Below, piece by piece: positions 37,941 to 47,893 of a stretch of DNA of 64,000 nucleotides (within the stretch, counting starts at the first letter, position 1; every line of letters begins with the position of its first letter). Position numbers and translations under genes: made by a program. The notes beneath the pieces were generated by a model. The model was given only the letters and a program-made list of their open reading frames with translations. It was not told the origin of the DNA and ran no database searches. The stretch is from Candidatus Multivoradales bacterium. GTDB taxonomy: Bacteria > Acidobacteriota > Thermoanaerobaculia > Multivoradales > JAHEKO01. The stretch spans positions 256,001 through 320,000 of the forward strand of contig CBDCXM010000008.1 of NCBI GenBank assembly GCA_965223855.1. Direction: 5' to 3'.

Positions 37941-38236
37941 CTGGAACCGATCGCAGGGCGACTTAGGCCCTAGACACGAGACCGCTCCGGCTCACTGACT
38001 GCAGAGCGCCCGCAACTGTCCACGTTCGAACCGCATAGTCCTGATCAGCCGCAAGTCTAGATCATCATGGCCAGAGAATTGCGTTGGCCCAGACTAGGCC
38101 CAAGCGAACCACAGAGTCGGGCTATTGTTGCACCAGACCGGAGAAGAGGCATCTGGCGATGCTATGCGTCGCGAGCGGTGCCGCCGCGGAATCACCTCGG
38201 AGGGGTCCGTCTCGGGAACCGACTCCGGGCACATTC

Positions 38237-38412
38237 CATCTCAGGCCCGAGGGCCTCTGGCACGCCCTACTAGTCCATCCACCTGCACCAACCACAAGCG
38301 AAGCGAACGATCGTGCCCGGATGGATTCGCTACGAGTCACCTGGGGCCGCAAGGCCCCTGGTGCGAACTCCGAATCCATCCGCCTGCACCAGCAGTGAGC
38401 AAAGCGAACGGA
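38237..38412. repeat. Two degenerate units of about 101 bp containing inverted and direct copies of the tRNA-Tyr 3' end
   Basis: CGAATCCATCCGCCTGCACCA at 38371-38391, degenerate copy at 38270-38290, direct remnant CGGATGGATTCG ending at 38329. Confidence 0.85.
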
Positions 38413-38498
38413 TGGTGGAGGCGGATGGATTCGAACCACCGTAGGCTTACGCCGGCAGATTTACAGTCTGCTGCCTTTGTCCACTCGGCCACACCTCC
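38413..38498 (-). tRNA. tRNA-Tyr (GTA)
   Basis: GGAGGTGTGGCCGAG...CTGTAAA, long variable arm, GGTTCGAATCC...CACCA. Confidence 0.97.
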
Positions 38499-38559
38499 GT
38501 ACCCGCTACTTCTCAACTGAACCTCGCCCCTCGCGGTGCGCCCAACTGCGTCGGAACTG

Positions 38560-38635
38560 TGGAGCCGGCACTCGGATTCGAACCGAGGACCTGCTGATTA
38601 CAAGTCAGCTGCTCTAGCCCCTGAGCTATGCCGGC
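38560..38635 (-). tRNA. tRNA-Thr (TGT)
   Basis: GCCGGCATAGCTCAG...CTTGTAAT...GGTTCGAATCC...GGCTCCA. Confidence 0.97.
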
Positions 38636-38657
38636 CTTCCCGGCGGAGCGGACGCGA

Positions 38658-38687
38658 AGTGTAGCCGAGGCGAGCCGGCGACTTCAA
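38658..38687 (-). promoter_or_regulatory. Putative sigma70 promoter for tRNA-Thr/Tyr
   Basis: TTGAAG-N18-TACACT. Confidence 0.5.
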
Positions 38688-38727
38688 CCGGGCCGTAGGG
38701 CCCCGACGCCGTGCTCGATCGCGGCAC

Positions 38728-39426
38728 TCAGTCGCGGCGCTGGCGAAGGCACTCGAAGAGCAGCGCCGAGGCCGCGGCAGCGACGTTGAGGGAGTCGACT
38801 CGCCCTTGCATCGGCAGGGCGACGAGGCGGTCGCATTCCCTGCGGGTACGGGCTCTGAGGCCCCTCTCTTCGCCGCCGAGGCACAGCATCACCTTGCCGG
38901 TCAGATCGACGTCCCACACCGGATCGCCCTCGGCGTCGGCGCCGTAGACCCAGAAGCCGTTCCGGCGATGCGCGTCGATGGCTGCGGCGCTGTTGGGCAC
39001 CCGATCGAGAGTCACCCACTCCGCTGCCCCTGCGGAGGTCTTGACGACCGTCGAGTTGACCGGGGCCGTGCCGCGATCCCGCACGATCACCCTGCCGACG
39101 CCCGCCCCTTCGCAGACCCGCAACAACGCGCCGAGATTGCGGGGGTCCTGGACGTCTTCGAGGAGCACGACGAGTTCGGAGTCGCCGCCGCCCGTGGCCG
39201 CGGCGGAGCCTGCGAGCTCCGCGGCAAAGCCGTTATGGACCCCGGAGACCCGCTTCGACAGCTCGGCCGCCGTGAGCCGCTCGACCAGGACGTTGCCCCG
39301 CTGGCACAGCCGCTCCACCTCCTCGACCCGGCGCCCGCCCTTCCTTTCCGCCAGCAGCACCCTGCGGATCTCATGCGGGCGATGGCGCAGCGCCTCGCGA
39401 ACCGGGTGGAAGCCGTAGACGATCAC
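38728..39426 (-). CDS. rlmB: 23S rRNA Gm2251 methyltransferase (SpoU/TrmH family)
   Basis: YGFHPVREAL, QDPRNLGALLR, GGEERGL, SLNVAAA. Confidence 0.9.
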   Translation of the reverse strand: MIVYGFHPVREALRHRPHEIRRVLLAERKGGRRVEEVERLCQRGNVLVERLTAAELSKRVSGVHNGFAAELAGSAAATGGGDSELVVLLEDVQDPRNLGALLRVCEGAGVGRVIVRDRGTAPVNSTVVKTSAGAAEWVTLDRVPNSAAAIDAHRRNGFWVYGADAEGDPVWDVDLTGKVMLCLGGEERGLRARTRRECDRLVALPMQGRVDSLNVAAAASALLFECLRQRRD

Positions 39427-39908
39427 GAGGCGGCCGACTCGAGGAGCGCGACCGCGAGGGCGGCCATCCCCTCGTCGCGGCCGACGAAACCGAGTCGCTC
39501 GTTGGTGGTCGCCTTGAGCGCCACTGCGGAGCGATCGACGCCGAGAATCTCCGCCACCCGGCCGCAGATAGACTCGCGGTACGGGGCGATCTTCGGGCCT
39601 TCGGCGATGAGGGTCATGTCGCAGTTGACGACCCGGAAGCCCGCCGCCGCCACCTCCCCGACGATGCGCCGCAGCAGATCGGTACTGGCGGCGCCGCGCC
39701 ACTGTTCGACGCCGGGGGGGAAGTACGTGCCGAGGTCCCCCAGACCGGCCGCACCCAGGAGGGCGTCTCCCAGTGCATGGAGCAGTACGTCGGCGTCGCT
39801 GAAGCCGTCGAGCCCTCGCGGCGACGGGATCGTCTCTCCCCCGAGGACGAGGGGCCTCCCCTCGACCAGCGGGTGGACGTCGTAGCCCTGACCGATGCGG
39901 TAGCTCAT
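39423..39908 (-). CDS. ispF: 2-C-methyl-D-erythritol 2,4-cyclodiphosphate synthase
   Basis: RIGQGYDVH, SDADVLLHA, KATTNE. Confidence 0.97.
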   Translation of the reverse strand: MSYRIGQGYDVHPLVEGRPLVLGGETIPSPRGLDGFSDADVLLHALGDALLGAAGLGDLGTYFPPGVEQWRGAASTDLLRRIVGEVAAAGFRVVNCDMTLIAEGPKIAPYRESICGRVAEILGVDRSAVALKATTNERLGFVGRDEGMAALAVALLESAAS

Positions 39909-39920
39909 GGCGGCCAGATG

Positions 39921-40589
39921 CTATCGCTCGAGCAGCGCTTCGACGATTCGAAGGTCCGCCGGCGTCGTCAGCTTCGGGTTGGGGTGCGCGGCGGCGACGG
40001 CGGTGAGATCGGTGCCGGCGATGCGTTCGACGAGACTCGCTTCATCCGTACCGACAAAGCCGTCCGCCCGAGCCTCGGCGAGGGCGCGCTCGAGAAGCTC
40101 CCGCTGGAACACCTGAGGGGTCTCCGCGCGGAAGAGGAAACTGCGATCGACGGTCGATTCGATCCGCCCGGAGGCGACCAGCTTGAGGGTGTCCGACACC
40201 GGCCGCCCCAGCACCGCCCCGTCGCCGGCGGCGGCTGCTTCGAGGCACGCTCGCAGATCGTCACGATGAAGCGCCGGACGGGCGCCGTCGTGCACCAGCA
40301 CCCACTCTTCCGGGTCGGCCGGACAGCCGGCGAGGCACAACTCCACCGAGTCCTGACGGTTGCCGCCGCCCGCAATCACGAGGACGCGGTCGTCACTCGA
40401 CAGTTGGCGAGCTCGCTCGATGTCAGCGACGGGCACGGCGACCGTGACCGACGCCGCTCCCGCCCGGAGCAGCCGATCGAGGGTCCATTCGAGGAGCGCC
40501 CGGCCCGCCACCTCGACGAACTGCTTCGGCACCTCGGCACCGAAGCGCTCGCCGCTGCCGGCCGCCGGCACGAGGGCATGGAACACCAT
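39921..40589 (-). CDS. ispD: 2-C-methyl-D-erythritol 4-phosphate cytidylyltransferase
   Basis: PAAGSGER, PKQF, VHDGARP, TPQVF, KLTTPAD. Confidence 0.96.
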   Translation of the reverse strand: MVFHALVPAAGSGERFGAEVPKQFVEVAGRALLEWTLDRLLRAGAASVTVAVPVADIERARQLSSDDRVLVIAGGGNRQDSVELCLAGCPADPEEWVLVHDGARPALHRDDLRACLEAAAAGDGAVLGRPVSDTLKLVASGRIESTVDRSFLFRAETPQVFQRELLERALAEARADGFVGTDEASLVERIAGTDLTAVAAAHPNPKLTTPADLRIVEALLER

Positions 40590-40635
40590 CGCCGGGGTGC
40601 GGAGAAGATCCCTCAGGAAGACGCCACGATGCGTC

Positions 40636-41190
40636 TCAGACCGTCAGGATGTCCTTCTCTTTGTTCTCGAGCGTCTTGTTGGTTTCGCCGATGTAGTGGT
40701 CGTGGAGCTTCTGGATCTCGTCCATGCCACGGTGCTCGTCGTCCTGGCCGATTTCCTTGTCGCGCTCCATACGCTTGAGCTCTTCGTTGCCGTCGCGACG
40801 GGCGCCGCGGACCGAGTTGCGGGTCGCCTCGGCGATGTCGTGCGCCTTCTTCACCATCTCCTTGCGCCGCTCCTCGGTGAGAGGCGGGATGGGGATGCGC
40901 ACCAGCTTGCCGTCGTTCGACGGATTGAGCCCGAGGTCGGCGGTCTGGATCGCGCGCTCGAGATCGGCGATCACCGACGGGTCATACGGCTGAGCGACGA
41001 TCAGCGTCGGGTCGGGTACCGAGAGGTTGGCGACCTGATTGATCGGCGTCGGCGTGCCGTAGTAGTCGACGTGGACGTGCTCGAGGATCGCGAGCGAAGC
41101 CCTGCCGGTGCGGAGCTGCTTGAGCTCTTCGTGCAGGTGATCGACCGCCTGCTTCATCTTCTGTTCGACTTCGAGAAACAACTCCTGCAT
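40636..41190 (-). CDS. frr: Ribosome recycling factor
   Basis: RTGRA, DYYGTPTP, PPLTEERR. Confidence 0.98.
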   Translation of the reverse strand: MQELFLEVEQKMKQAVDHLHEELKQLRTGRASLAILEHVHVDYYGTPTPINQVANLSVPDPTLIVAQPYDPSVIADLERAIQTADLGLNPSNDGKLVRIPIPPLTEERRKEMVKKAHDIAEATRNSVRGARRDGNEELKRMERDKEIGQDDEHRGMDEIQKLHDHYIGETNKTLENKEKDILTV

Positions 41191-41199
41191 GGGGCCTCC

Positions 41200-41921
41200 T
41201 CAGCTCACGATGGAGCCGATCTTCTCACCACAGACGGCTCGACGCACGTTGCCGCTTTTCATCAGGTCGAAGACGACGATCGGAATGTGATTGTCCCGGC
41301 AGAGGCTGATCGCCGCCGCGTCCATCACCTTGAGGTTCTGCTCGAGGACCTGCTGGTAGCTCACATCCTCCATCTTCTCGGCCGCTTCGTCGGTCCGCGG
41401 GTCGGCGGTATAGACCCCATCGACGTTGGTCGCCTTGAAGAGCACCTCGGCGTGGATCTCGTTGGCGCGCAGGGCGGCGGCGCTGTCGGTCGTGAAGAAC
41501 GGATTGCCGGTGCCCGCGGCGAAGATCACCGTGCGACCCTTCTCGAGATGGCGAATCGCCCGACGCCGGATAAACGGCTCCGCCACCTCGCGAATGTCGA
41601 TCGCCGTCTGCACCCTCGTCGGCACGTCGCGCTTCTCGAGAGCATCCTGCAGAGCGAGGGCATTGATGACCGTCGAGAGCATCCCCATGTAGTCGCCCGT
41701 CACCCGCTCGATGCCCCGGTGGCTCGCCGCCAGACCACGGATGATGTTGCCGCCCCCGATGACGATCGCCAGTTCGACGTCGAGCTCGTTGACGACCTCG
41801 ATCTCGTCGGCGATCCGTGCCACGACCTGCTCGTCGATGCCGAACGGCTTCTCGCCCATCAGGGCTTCGCCCGAGAGCTTGAGCAGGATCCGCTCGGTAG
41901 GCGGCTTCGGACGATCGGTCT

Positions 41922-41929
<8 letters not shown>
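41200..41929 (-). CDS. pyrH: UMP kinase; indel near 41893 at the 5' end
   Basis: [29 protein letters not shown]; start approximate. Confidence 0.93.
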
Positions 41930-42586
<657 letters not shown>

Positions 42587-42768
42587 CTTCCAGCTCTCCT
42601 CTTCCGCCGCGCCGAGCGCGCGAAAGTCAGTTGTTCAAATCAGAACCTCGTGCCCGATTCGTAGGTGGGTGAAACGAAGCGATGTGGTGCTAAAGAAACG
42701 GCCAGCGATCGAGGCTGGCCGTGGGTACTCGTCCTGGGGACCGCAGTCACGGCCCTGAAACCGGCCCG

Positions 42769-43797
42769 TCAGTTGGGCACTTCCTCCCCGTCCTCGGCCG
42801 CTGACTCTTCCGCCGGCGACTCTTCGACAGCCGCTTCCTCCGCGGCCGGCTCCTCGGCCGCCGCTTCGGCCTGGGAAGACTCGTCGCCGTCCGCCGCCGC
42901 CTCTGCAGCCGGCTCGGCGTCGTCCGAGTCGGACTCCTCCGCTGGCTCCTGCGCCGAAGCTTCCTCGCTCGCGGCCTCGGCCGGCTCGTCGGCAGCGGCG
43001 TCTTCCGAAGCCACCTCGACCTCCTCGCCCGCCTCGGCAGCGGCCTCGGCGATCGCGGCCACCGCGGCGGCGCCGGCCTCGCCGGCGTCCTTCTCGGTCT
43101 GTGCGATCGCATCCTGCAGGTTCTTGCTGCCCGCCTGATAGGCATCCGACACCGCCGCCGTGAAGAGACGGATCGTGCGAATCGCGTCGTCGTTGCCGGG
43201 GATGACGAAATCGACCTCTTCGGGGTCGCAGTTGGTGTCGACGATCGCGATCACCGGGATGCCGAGACTGTTCGCCTCGGCAATCGCGATGTGCTCGCGC
43301 TTCGGATCGACGACGAAGATGGCGTCGGGAAGATCGCCCATCTTGCGGATGCCGACGAGGTTGCGATTGATCTTCGCGTGCTCGCGCTCGAGGCGAATCT
43401 TCTCCTTCTTCGTCAGCGGGCTGTCGACGTCGGCCAGACGCTCCTCGATGTCCTCGAGCCGGTCGATCGAATTCCGGATGGTGACGAAGTTGGTGAGCAT
43501 GCCGCCCAGCCACCGATGGGTGACGTAGAACTGACCGCAACGGGTCGCCTCCTGAGAGACGACCTCCTGAGCCTGTCTCTTGGTGCCGACGAAGAGGAGC
43601 TTCTGCCCCGCCGCCCCCATCGCCTCAACGTAGGCGAGCGCCTCGTCGAGCATCTCGGCGGTCTTCTGGAGATCGATGATGTAGATGCCGTTGCGCTTGC
43701 CGAAGATGTAGCGCTTCATCTTCGGGTTCCAGCGCCGCGTCTGGTGCCCGAAGTGGACTCCCGCTTCGAGCATTTCGCGCATGGTGACCTGAGCCAA
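42769..43797 (-). CDS. rpsB: 30S ribosomal protein S2 with long acidic Ala/Glu tail
   Basis: EAGVHFGHQTRRWNPKM, PGNDDAIR. Confidence 0.98.
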   Translation of the reverse strand: MAQVTMREMLEAGVHFGHQTRRWNPKMKRYIFGKRNGIYIIDLQKTAEMLDEALAYVEAMGAAGQKLLFVGTKRQAQEVVSQEATRCGQFYVTHRWLGGMLTNFVTIRNSIDRLEDIEERLADVDSPLTKKEKIRLEREHAKINRNLVGIRKMGDLPDAIFVVDPKREHIAIAEANSLGIPVIAIVDTNCDPEEVDFVIPGNDDAIRTIRLFTAAVSDAYQAGSKNLQDAIAQTEKDAGEAGAAAVAAIAEAAAEAGEEVEVASEDAAADEPAEAASEEASAQEPAEESDSDDAEPAAEAAADGDESSQAEAAAEEPAAEEAAVEESPAEESAAEDGEEVPN

Positions 43798-43808
43798 GAT
43801 CGTTCTCC

Positions 43809-44201
43809 TTACCGCTTGCTGAACTGGAAGCGCGCGCGTGCGCCCTTCTGACCGTACTTCTTGCGCTCCTTGACGCGGGAGTCCCGTGTCAGGAGACCTG
43901 CCGTCTTGAGCGGCTCGCGCAGCTCCTCGTCGTAATCGAGCAGGGCGCGGGAGATCCCGTGGCGAACAGCGCCGGCCTGGCCGGTCGCACCGCCACCCTT
44001 GACCGTCACCGCGACGTCGAACCTACCGGTCGTCTCCGTGATCTCGAGCGGACGGCTCACCACCATCCGGAGCACGTTGTTGGGAAAATAGTCTTCGAGA
44101 GTGCGGCCGTTGACCGTCACCTCACCGCTGCCGGGGCGAAGGTAGACGCGCGCGGTCGCCGCCTTCCTTCTCCCCGTTCCGTAGTGCTGTACTTCGCTCA
44201 A
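43809..44201 (-). CDS. rpsI: 30S ribosomal protein S9
   Basis: [17 protein letters not shown]. Confidence 0.99.
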   Translation of the reverse strand: MSEVQHYGTGRRKAATARVYLRPGSGEVTVNGRTLEDYFPNNVLRMVVSRPLEITETTGRFDVAVTVKGGGATGQAGAVRHGISRALLDYDEELREPLKTAGLLTRDSRVKERKKYGQKGARARFQFSKR

Positions 44202-44215
44202 CTCGTTCTCCTCGC

Positions 44216-44650
44216 TCAGCCGACCGCCAGCTGCCGGGGCTGCTGTGCCTGATGCGGATGCTCGGGGCCGGCGTACACCTTGAGCTTGCGGATCTGCCGC
44301 CGCCCGAGCTTGTTCTTGGGAAGCATGCCCCAGACAGCCTTCTCGACCATGCGAGTCGGCTTCTTCTTCCGCATCTCCGCGGCCGTCTCCTGCTTGAGGC
44401 CGCCGGGATGGGTGCTGTGCCGGTAGTAGACCTTCCGGGTCTCCTTGCCGCCGGTCAGTACCGCCTGTTCGGCGTTGACGACGATCACGAAATCACCGGT
44501 GTCGATATGCGGCGCGTACTGCGGCTTGTGCTTGCCGGTCAGCACTCGCGCCACCTCGGTCGACAGGCGCCCGAGCGTCTTGCCGGCCGCGTCGACGACG
44601 TACCAGCTACGCTCGATCTCACCCGCCTTGGGGCTGTAAGTCCTGCTCAT
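44216..44650 (-). CDS. rplM: 50S ribosomal protein L13
   Basis: [29 protein letters not shown]. Confidence 0.99.
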   Translation of the reverse strand: MSRTYSPKAGEIERSWYVVDAAGKTLGRLSTEVARVLTGKHKPQYAPHIDTGDFVIVVNAEQAVLTGGKETRKVYYRHSTHPGGLKQETAAEMRKKKPTRMVEKAVWGMLPKNKLGRRQIRKLKVYAGPEHPHQAQQPRQLAVG

Positions 44651-44731
44651 CTTGTCGTTCCTGAATTCCGATGAAGGGCCGTCTGCAGCGCGCACTTCTC
44701 AGGCGCACGCCTCGCGGCGCAAAGGACGGCG

Positions 44732-44761
44732 ATCTTACGAACGCCCGTCGGGCGGTGTCAA
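44732..44761 (-). promoter_or_regulatory. Sigma70 promoter of the rplM-rpsI-rpsB operon
   Basis: TTGACA-N18-TAAGAT. Confidence 0.7.
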
Positions 44762-44832
44762 GACACCTGATGGAATCGTGAACGTCCCCTCCTCGCCCTC
44801 GCGGCACGACCTGCCGGTACACTACGCGCCCG

Positions 44833-45591
44833 ATGGGAGAGGCGACCGGAGAGCTCGACAAGCGAGGAGCGACCATCCGCGACATGTTCGCCGGCGTCGC
44901 GCCGCGCTACGACCTGCTGAATCGGCTGATGTCGGGCCGGCTCGATGTCCGCTGGCGGCGGACCTCGGCACGGGCGCTGGCCCTTCCCGAGGGGAGCCGT
45001 GTCCTCGACCTGTGCTGCGGCACCGGCGACCAGGCACTCGCGGTCGCCGCCGAGGGGTATCGCGTCGTCGCCGCCGATTTCTGCGTTCCCATGCTGGCGC
45101 TGGCGCAGCCGAAGTACGGGCGCCGCAACGGCGACGCGCCTGCCGGCCTGGCGGGCGACACCCTGCGGCTGCCGTTCCCCGATGCGAGCTTCGACGGCGC
45201 TACCGCCTCGTTCGGGCTGCGCAACCTCGAGCAGCTCGACGCCGGGCTGCGCGAGATCGCGCGGGTCCTGAGGCCCGGCGGGCGCGTCTCCTTCCTCGAG
45301 ACCGCGATCCCGGACAACCTGCTGCGTCGACCCCATCGCTTCTACTACGGCCACGTCCTGCCGCGCCTCGGGCGGCTGCTCTCGCCGCGCGGCTCGGCCT
45401 ACGACTACCTTCGCGACTCGGTGCTGGTGTTCCCCGACCGGGAGGAGTTCGTCGACCACCTCGACCGGGCCGGTCTCGCCCACGGCCGTTGGAAGAACCT
45501 CGGCGGCGGGGCCGTGTGCCTCTACACCGCGCACAAGCGACTCCCGAGCGCGCCACCGGACGCCGATCCGCAAGGAGCCTTCACGACATGA
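44833..45591 (+). CDS. menG: Demethylmenaquinone methyltransferase (UbiE/MenG)
   Basis: YDLLNRLMS, LDLCCGTGD, FGLRN, AYDYL. Confidence 0.9.
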   Translation: MGEATGELDKRGATIRDMFAGVAPRYDLLNRLMSGRLDVRWRRTSARALALPEGSRVLDLCCGTGDQALAVAAEGYRVVAADFCVPMLALAQPKYGRRNGDAPAGLAGDTLRLPFPDASFDGATASFGLRNLEQLDAGLREIARVLRPGGRVSFLETAIPDNLLRRPHRFYYGHVLPRLGRLLSPRGSAYDYLRDSVLVFPDREEFVDHLDRAGLAHGRWKNLGGGAVCLYTAHKRLPSAPPDADPQGAFTT

Positions 45592-46538
45592 CGACGATTC
45601 TCGACGGACGCCGGATCGGAGCTGAGATCCGGGCCGAACTGGCGGAGCAGGTCGCAGAGTGGGCTGCCGCTCAGCGCCGACCGCCCGGCCTCGCGGTCGT
45701 GCTGGTGGGCGACGACCCCGCCTCCCAGGTGTACGTCGCCAGCAAGGGGAAGGCGGCGCGCGAGGCCGGCCTCTCGGAGCAGACGATCCGTCTACCGGGG
45801 GACGCGTCCGAGCAGCAGATACGCGAAACCCTCGAAGAGCTCAACGCGGACCCGAACGTCGACGGCATCCTGGTGCAGCTCCCCCTGCCGGACGGCCTGC
45901 CCGAACGGGATCTGCTGCTGGTGATCGACCCCGACAAGGACGTCGACGGTCTCCATCCGATGAACGCCGGGCGACTGTGGTCCGGGGAAGAGGGATTCGT
46001 CCCCTGCACCCCGTTCGGCATCGTCGAGATGCTCGAGCGCAGCGCCATCGAGCTCTCGGGGCGCCACGCGGTGATCGTCGGCCGCAGCCGCCTCGTCGGC
46101 AAGCCGATGGCGGGCCTGCTGCTCGATCGCAACTGCACCGTGACGATCTGTCATTCGCGCACCGCCGACCTTGCCGCCGAATGCCGACGCGCGGACATCC
46201 TGGTGGCCGCCATCGGCCGCCCCGCCTTCTTCGGGCGCGACCACGTTCGCGAGGGAGCGGTGGTGATCGACGTCGGCATCAACCGGGTCGAGGATCGCGC
46301 GACCGTCGAACGGCTCTTCCCGGGCTCGCCGCGCAAGCTGGCCGCGTTCGACAAACGCGGTTCCGTCCTCGTGGGCGACGTCGACTACGAGCAGGTGGCG
46401 CCGGTGGCCTCCGCGATCACTCCCGTGCCGGGCGGTGTCGGGCCGCTCACGGTCACCATGCTCCTCGCCAACACCGTCCTCGCCTACCGGCGGCGTGAAG
46501 GGCTAGCCCGTCCTTCTCGCGCCGCTTCACCCTGGTAG
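45588..46538 (+). CDS. folD: Bifunctional methylenetetrahydrofolate dehydrogenase/cyclohydrolase; last residues encoded by the MITE
   Basis: GILVQLPLP, KDVDG, PCTP, TPVPGGVGP. Confidence 0.97.
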   Translation: MTTILDGRRIGAEIRAELAEQVAEWAAAQRRPPGLAVVLVGDDPASQVYVASKGKAAREAGLSEQTIRLPGDASEQQIRETLEELNADPNVDGILVQLPLPDGLPERDLLLVIDPDKDVDGLHPMNAGRLWSGEEGFVPCTPFGIVEMLERSAIELSGRHAVIVGRSRLVGKPMAGLLLDRNCTVTICHSRTADLAAECRRADILVAAIGRPAFFGRDHVREGAVVIDVGINRVEDRATVERLFPGSPRKLAAFDKRGSVLVGDVDYEQVAPVASAITPVPGGVGPLTVTMLLANTVLAYRRREGLARPSRAASPW

Positions 46539-46687
46539 GCCGTATGTCACTGAATCTACTTCGTTATCCGGTCGCTCCGCTCCTCGACGTAGCTACGGCT
46601 ATGCCTGCGGTGCTCGCGACCGGAAGCCTTGAATCTCCAGCAACCTACGACCTACCAGGCCGAAACGGCGCGAGAGGGACGGGCTAG
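46503..46687. mobile_element. 185-bp MITE-like element, copy 2
   Basis: CTAGCCCGTCCTTCTCGCGCCG...CGGCGCGAGAGGGACGGGCTAG terminal inverted repeats; reverse-complement match to 20156-20340. Confidence 0.88.
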
Positions 46688-46688
46688 G

Positions 46689-47318
46689 GTGACGCCGCCC
46701 CTGATCGTCGGCCTGACCGGCGGCATCGCCAGCGGAAAGTCGACGGTCGGCCGCATGCTCGCCGAGCGCGGCTGCGAGGTGGTCGATGCCGACGAGTTGG
46801 TGGCCGCGCTCTACGCCCCCGGCGGCGAAGGGACGCGAGCCATCGCAGCGATTGCCGGTGAGGAGGCTCTCGACGCCGACGGCGGCGTCGATCACGCCGC
46901 ACTCGCCTCCCGCTTCTTCGCCGACACGGCGCTACGGCGGGAGATCGAAGCCGCGGTGCACCCGCTCGTGCGCAAAGCGTTCGAACGCATCGTCGCTGCA
47001 AGCGAGGCAGAGATCGTCGTGCTCGAGGCGACGCTCCTCGTCGAGGCGGGCTACGACGAAGTGCTCGACTCGATCGTCACCGTGGAGGCCGACGAAGAAC
47101 TGCGACTGCGCCGGGCGGTGGCGCGCGGGCTCAGCGAGGAGCAGGCGCGAGCGCGTCTCGAAGCGCAGGGCGACGGCAAGGTTAGGCGCGCCGGCGCCGA
47201 CCACCGGATCGACAACGACAGCACGCTCGACGACCTGGAAGCGGCGGTCGATGCGCTGCTCCTCGAATGGCGCGAGCTGCTCCCTCCGACCCCGATGGGA
47301 GACCCGAGCCAGGGATGA
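46689..47318 (+). CDS. coaE: Dephospho-CoA kinase
   Basis: VGLTGGIASGKST, DAD, HPLV, IDND. Confidence 0.95.
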   Translation: MTPPLIVGLTGGIASGKSTVGRMLAERGCEVVDADELVAALYAPGGEGTRAIAAIAGEEALDADGGVDHAALASRFFADTALRREIEAAVHPLVRKAFERIVAASEAEIVVLEATLLVEAGYDEVLDSIVTVEADEELRLRRAVARGLSEEQARARLEAQGDGKVRRAGADHRIDNDSTLDDLEAAVDALLLEWRELLPPTPMGDPSQG

Positions 47319-47875
47319 GCGTCTCCGGGCCATCCAGGCTCGCCTTCGTGACCGGCAATCCCGGCAAGCTTCGGGAGGCCGAGCGGCTGGCCGAGCGGCC
47401 GCTCGAGGCGGTCGCAGTCGATCTCCCGGAAATCCAGTCGCTCGACATCGCAGAGGTGCTGGCCGCCAAGGCCGACGAAGCCTCGCGGCACGTCGACACC
47501 GCGTTCGTCGTCGAGGAGACCGGTCTCGAGCTCGAGGCGCTCAACGGCTTCCCGGGCGCGCTCGTCAAGTGGATGCTCGACGCCATCGGGCCCGAGGGCA
47601 TCGCCCAGGTCGCCATCGATCGCGGCAACGCATCCGTCCGTGCCCGCTGCCGACTGCTCTACCGCGACGAGCACGGCGAGATCGAGGCCGAGGGAGTCAA
47701 CGAGGGCACCCTGGTACTGCCGGCGCGGGGTGAGCGGGGCTTCGGATGGGACCCTGTCTTCCAGCCGGACGGAAAGAACGAGACCTACGGCGAACTCTCC
47801 GACGACGACAAGGACCGCATCGGCCATCGCGGCCGCGCGTGGCGCTCGCTACTGGCGCAGCTGGCCTCCCGCTAG
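47315..47875 (+). CDS. Non-canonical purine NTP pyrophosphatase (Ham1/ITPase family)
   Basis: FVTGNPGK, PEIQ, ALNGFPG, FGWDPVF, HRGRA. Confidence 0.9.
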   Translation: MSVSGPSRLAFVTGNPGKLREAERLAERPLEAVAVDLPEIQSLDIAEVLAAKADEASRHVDTAFVVEETGLELEALNGFPGALVKWMLDAIGPEGIAQVAIDRGNASVRARCRLLYRDEHGEIEAEGVNEGTLVLPARGERGFGWDPVFQPDGKNETYGELSDDDKDRIGHRGRAWRSLLAQLASR

Positions 47876-47893
47876 CTTCGGGGGCCAGGTCCC

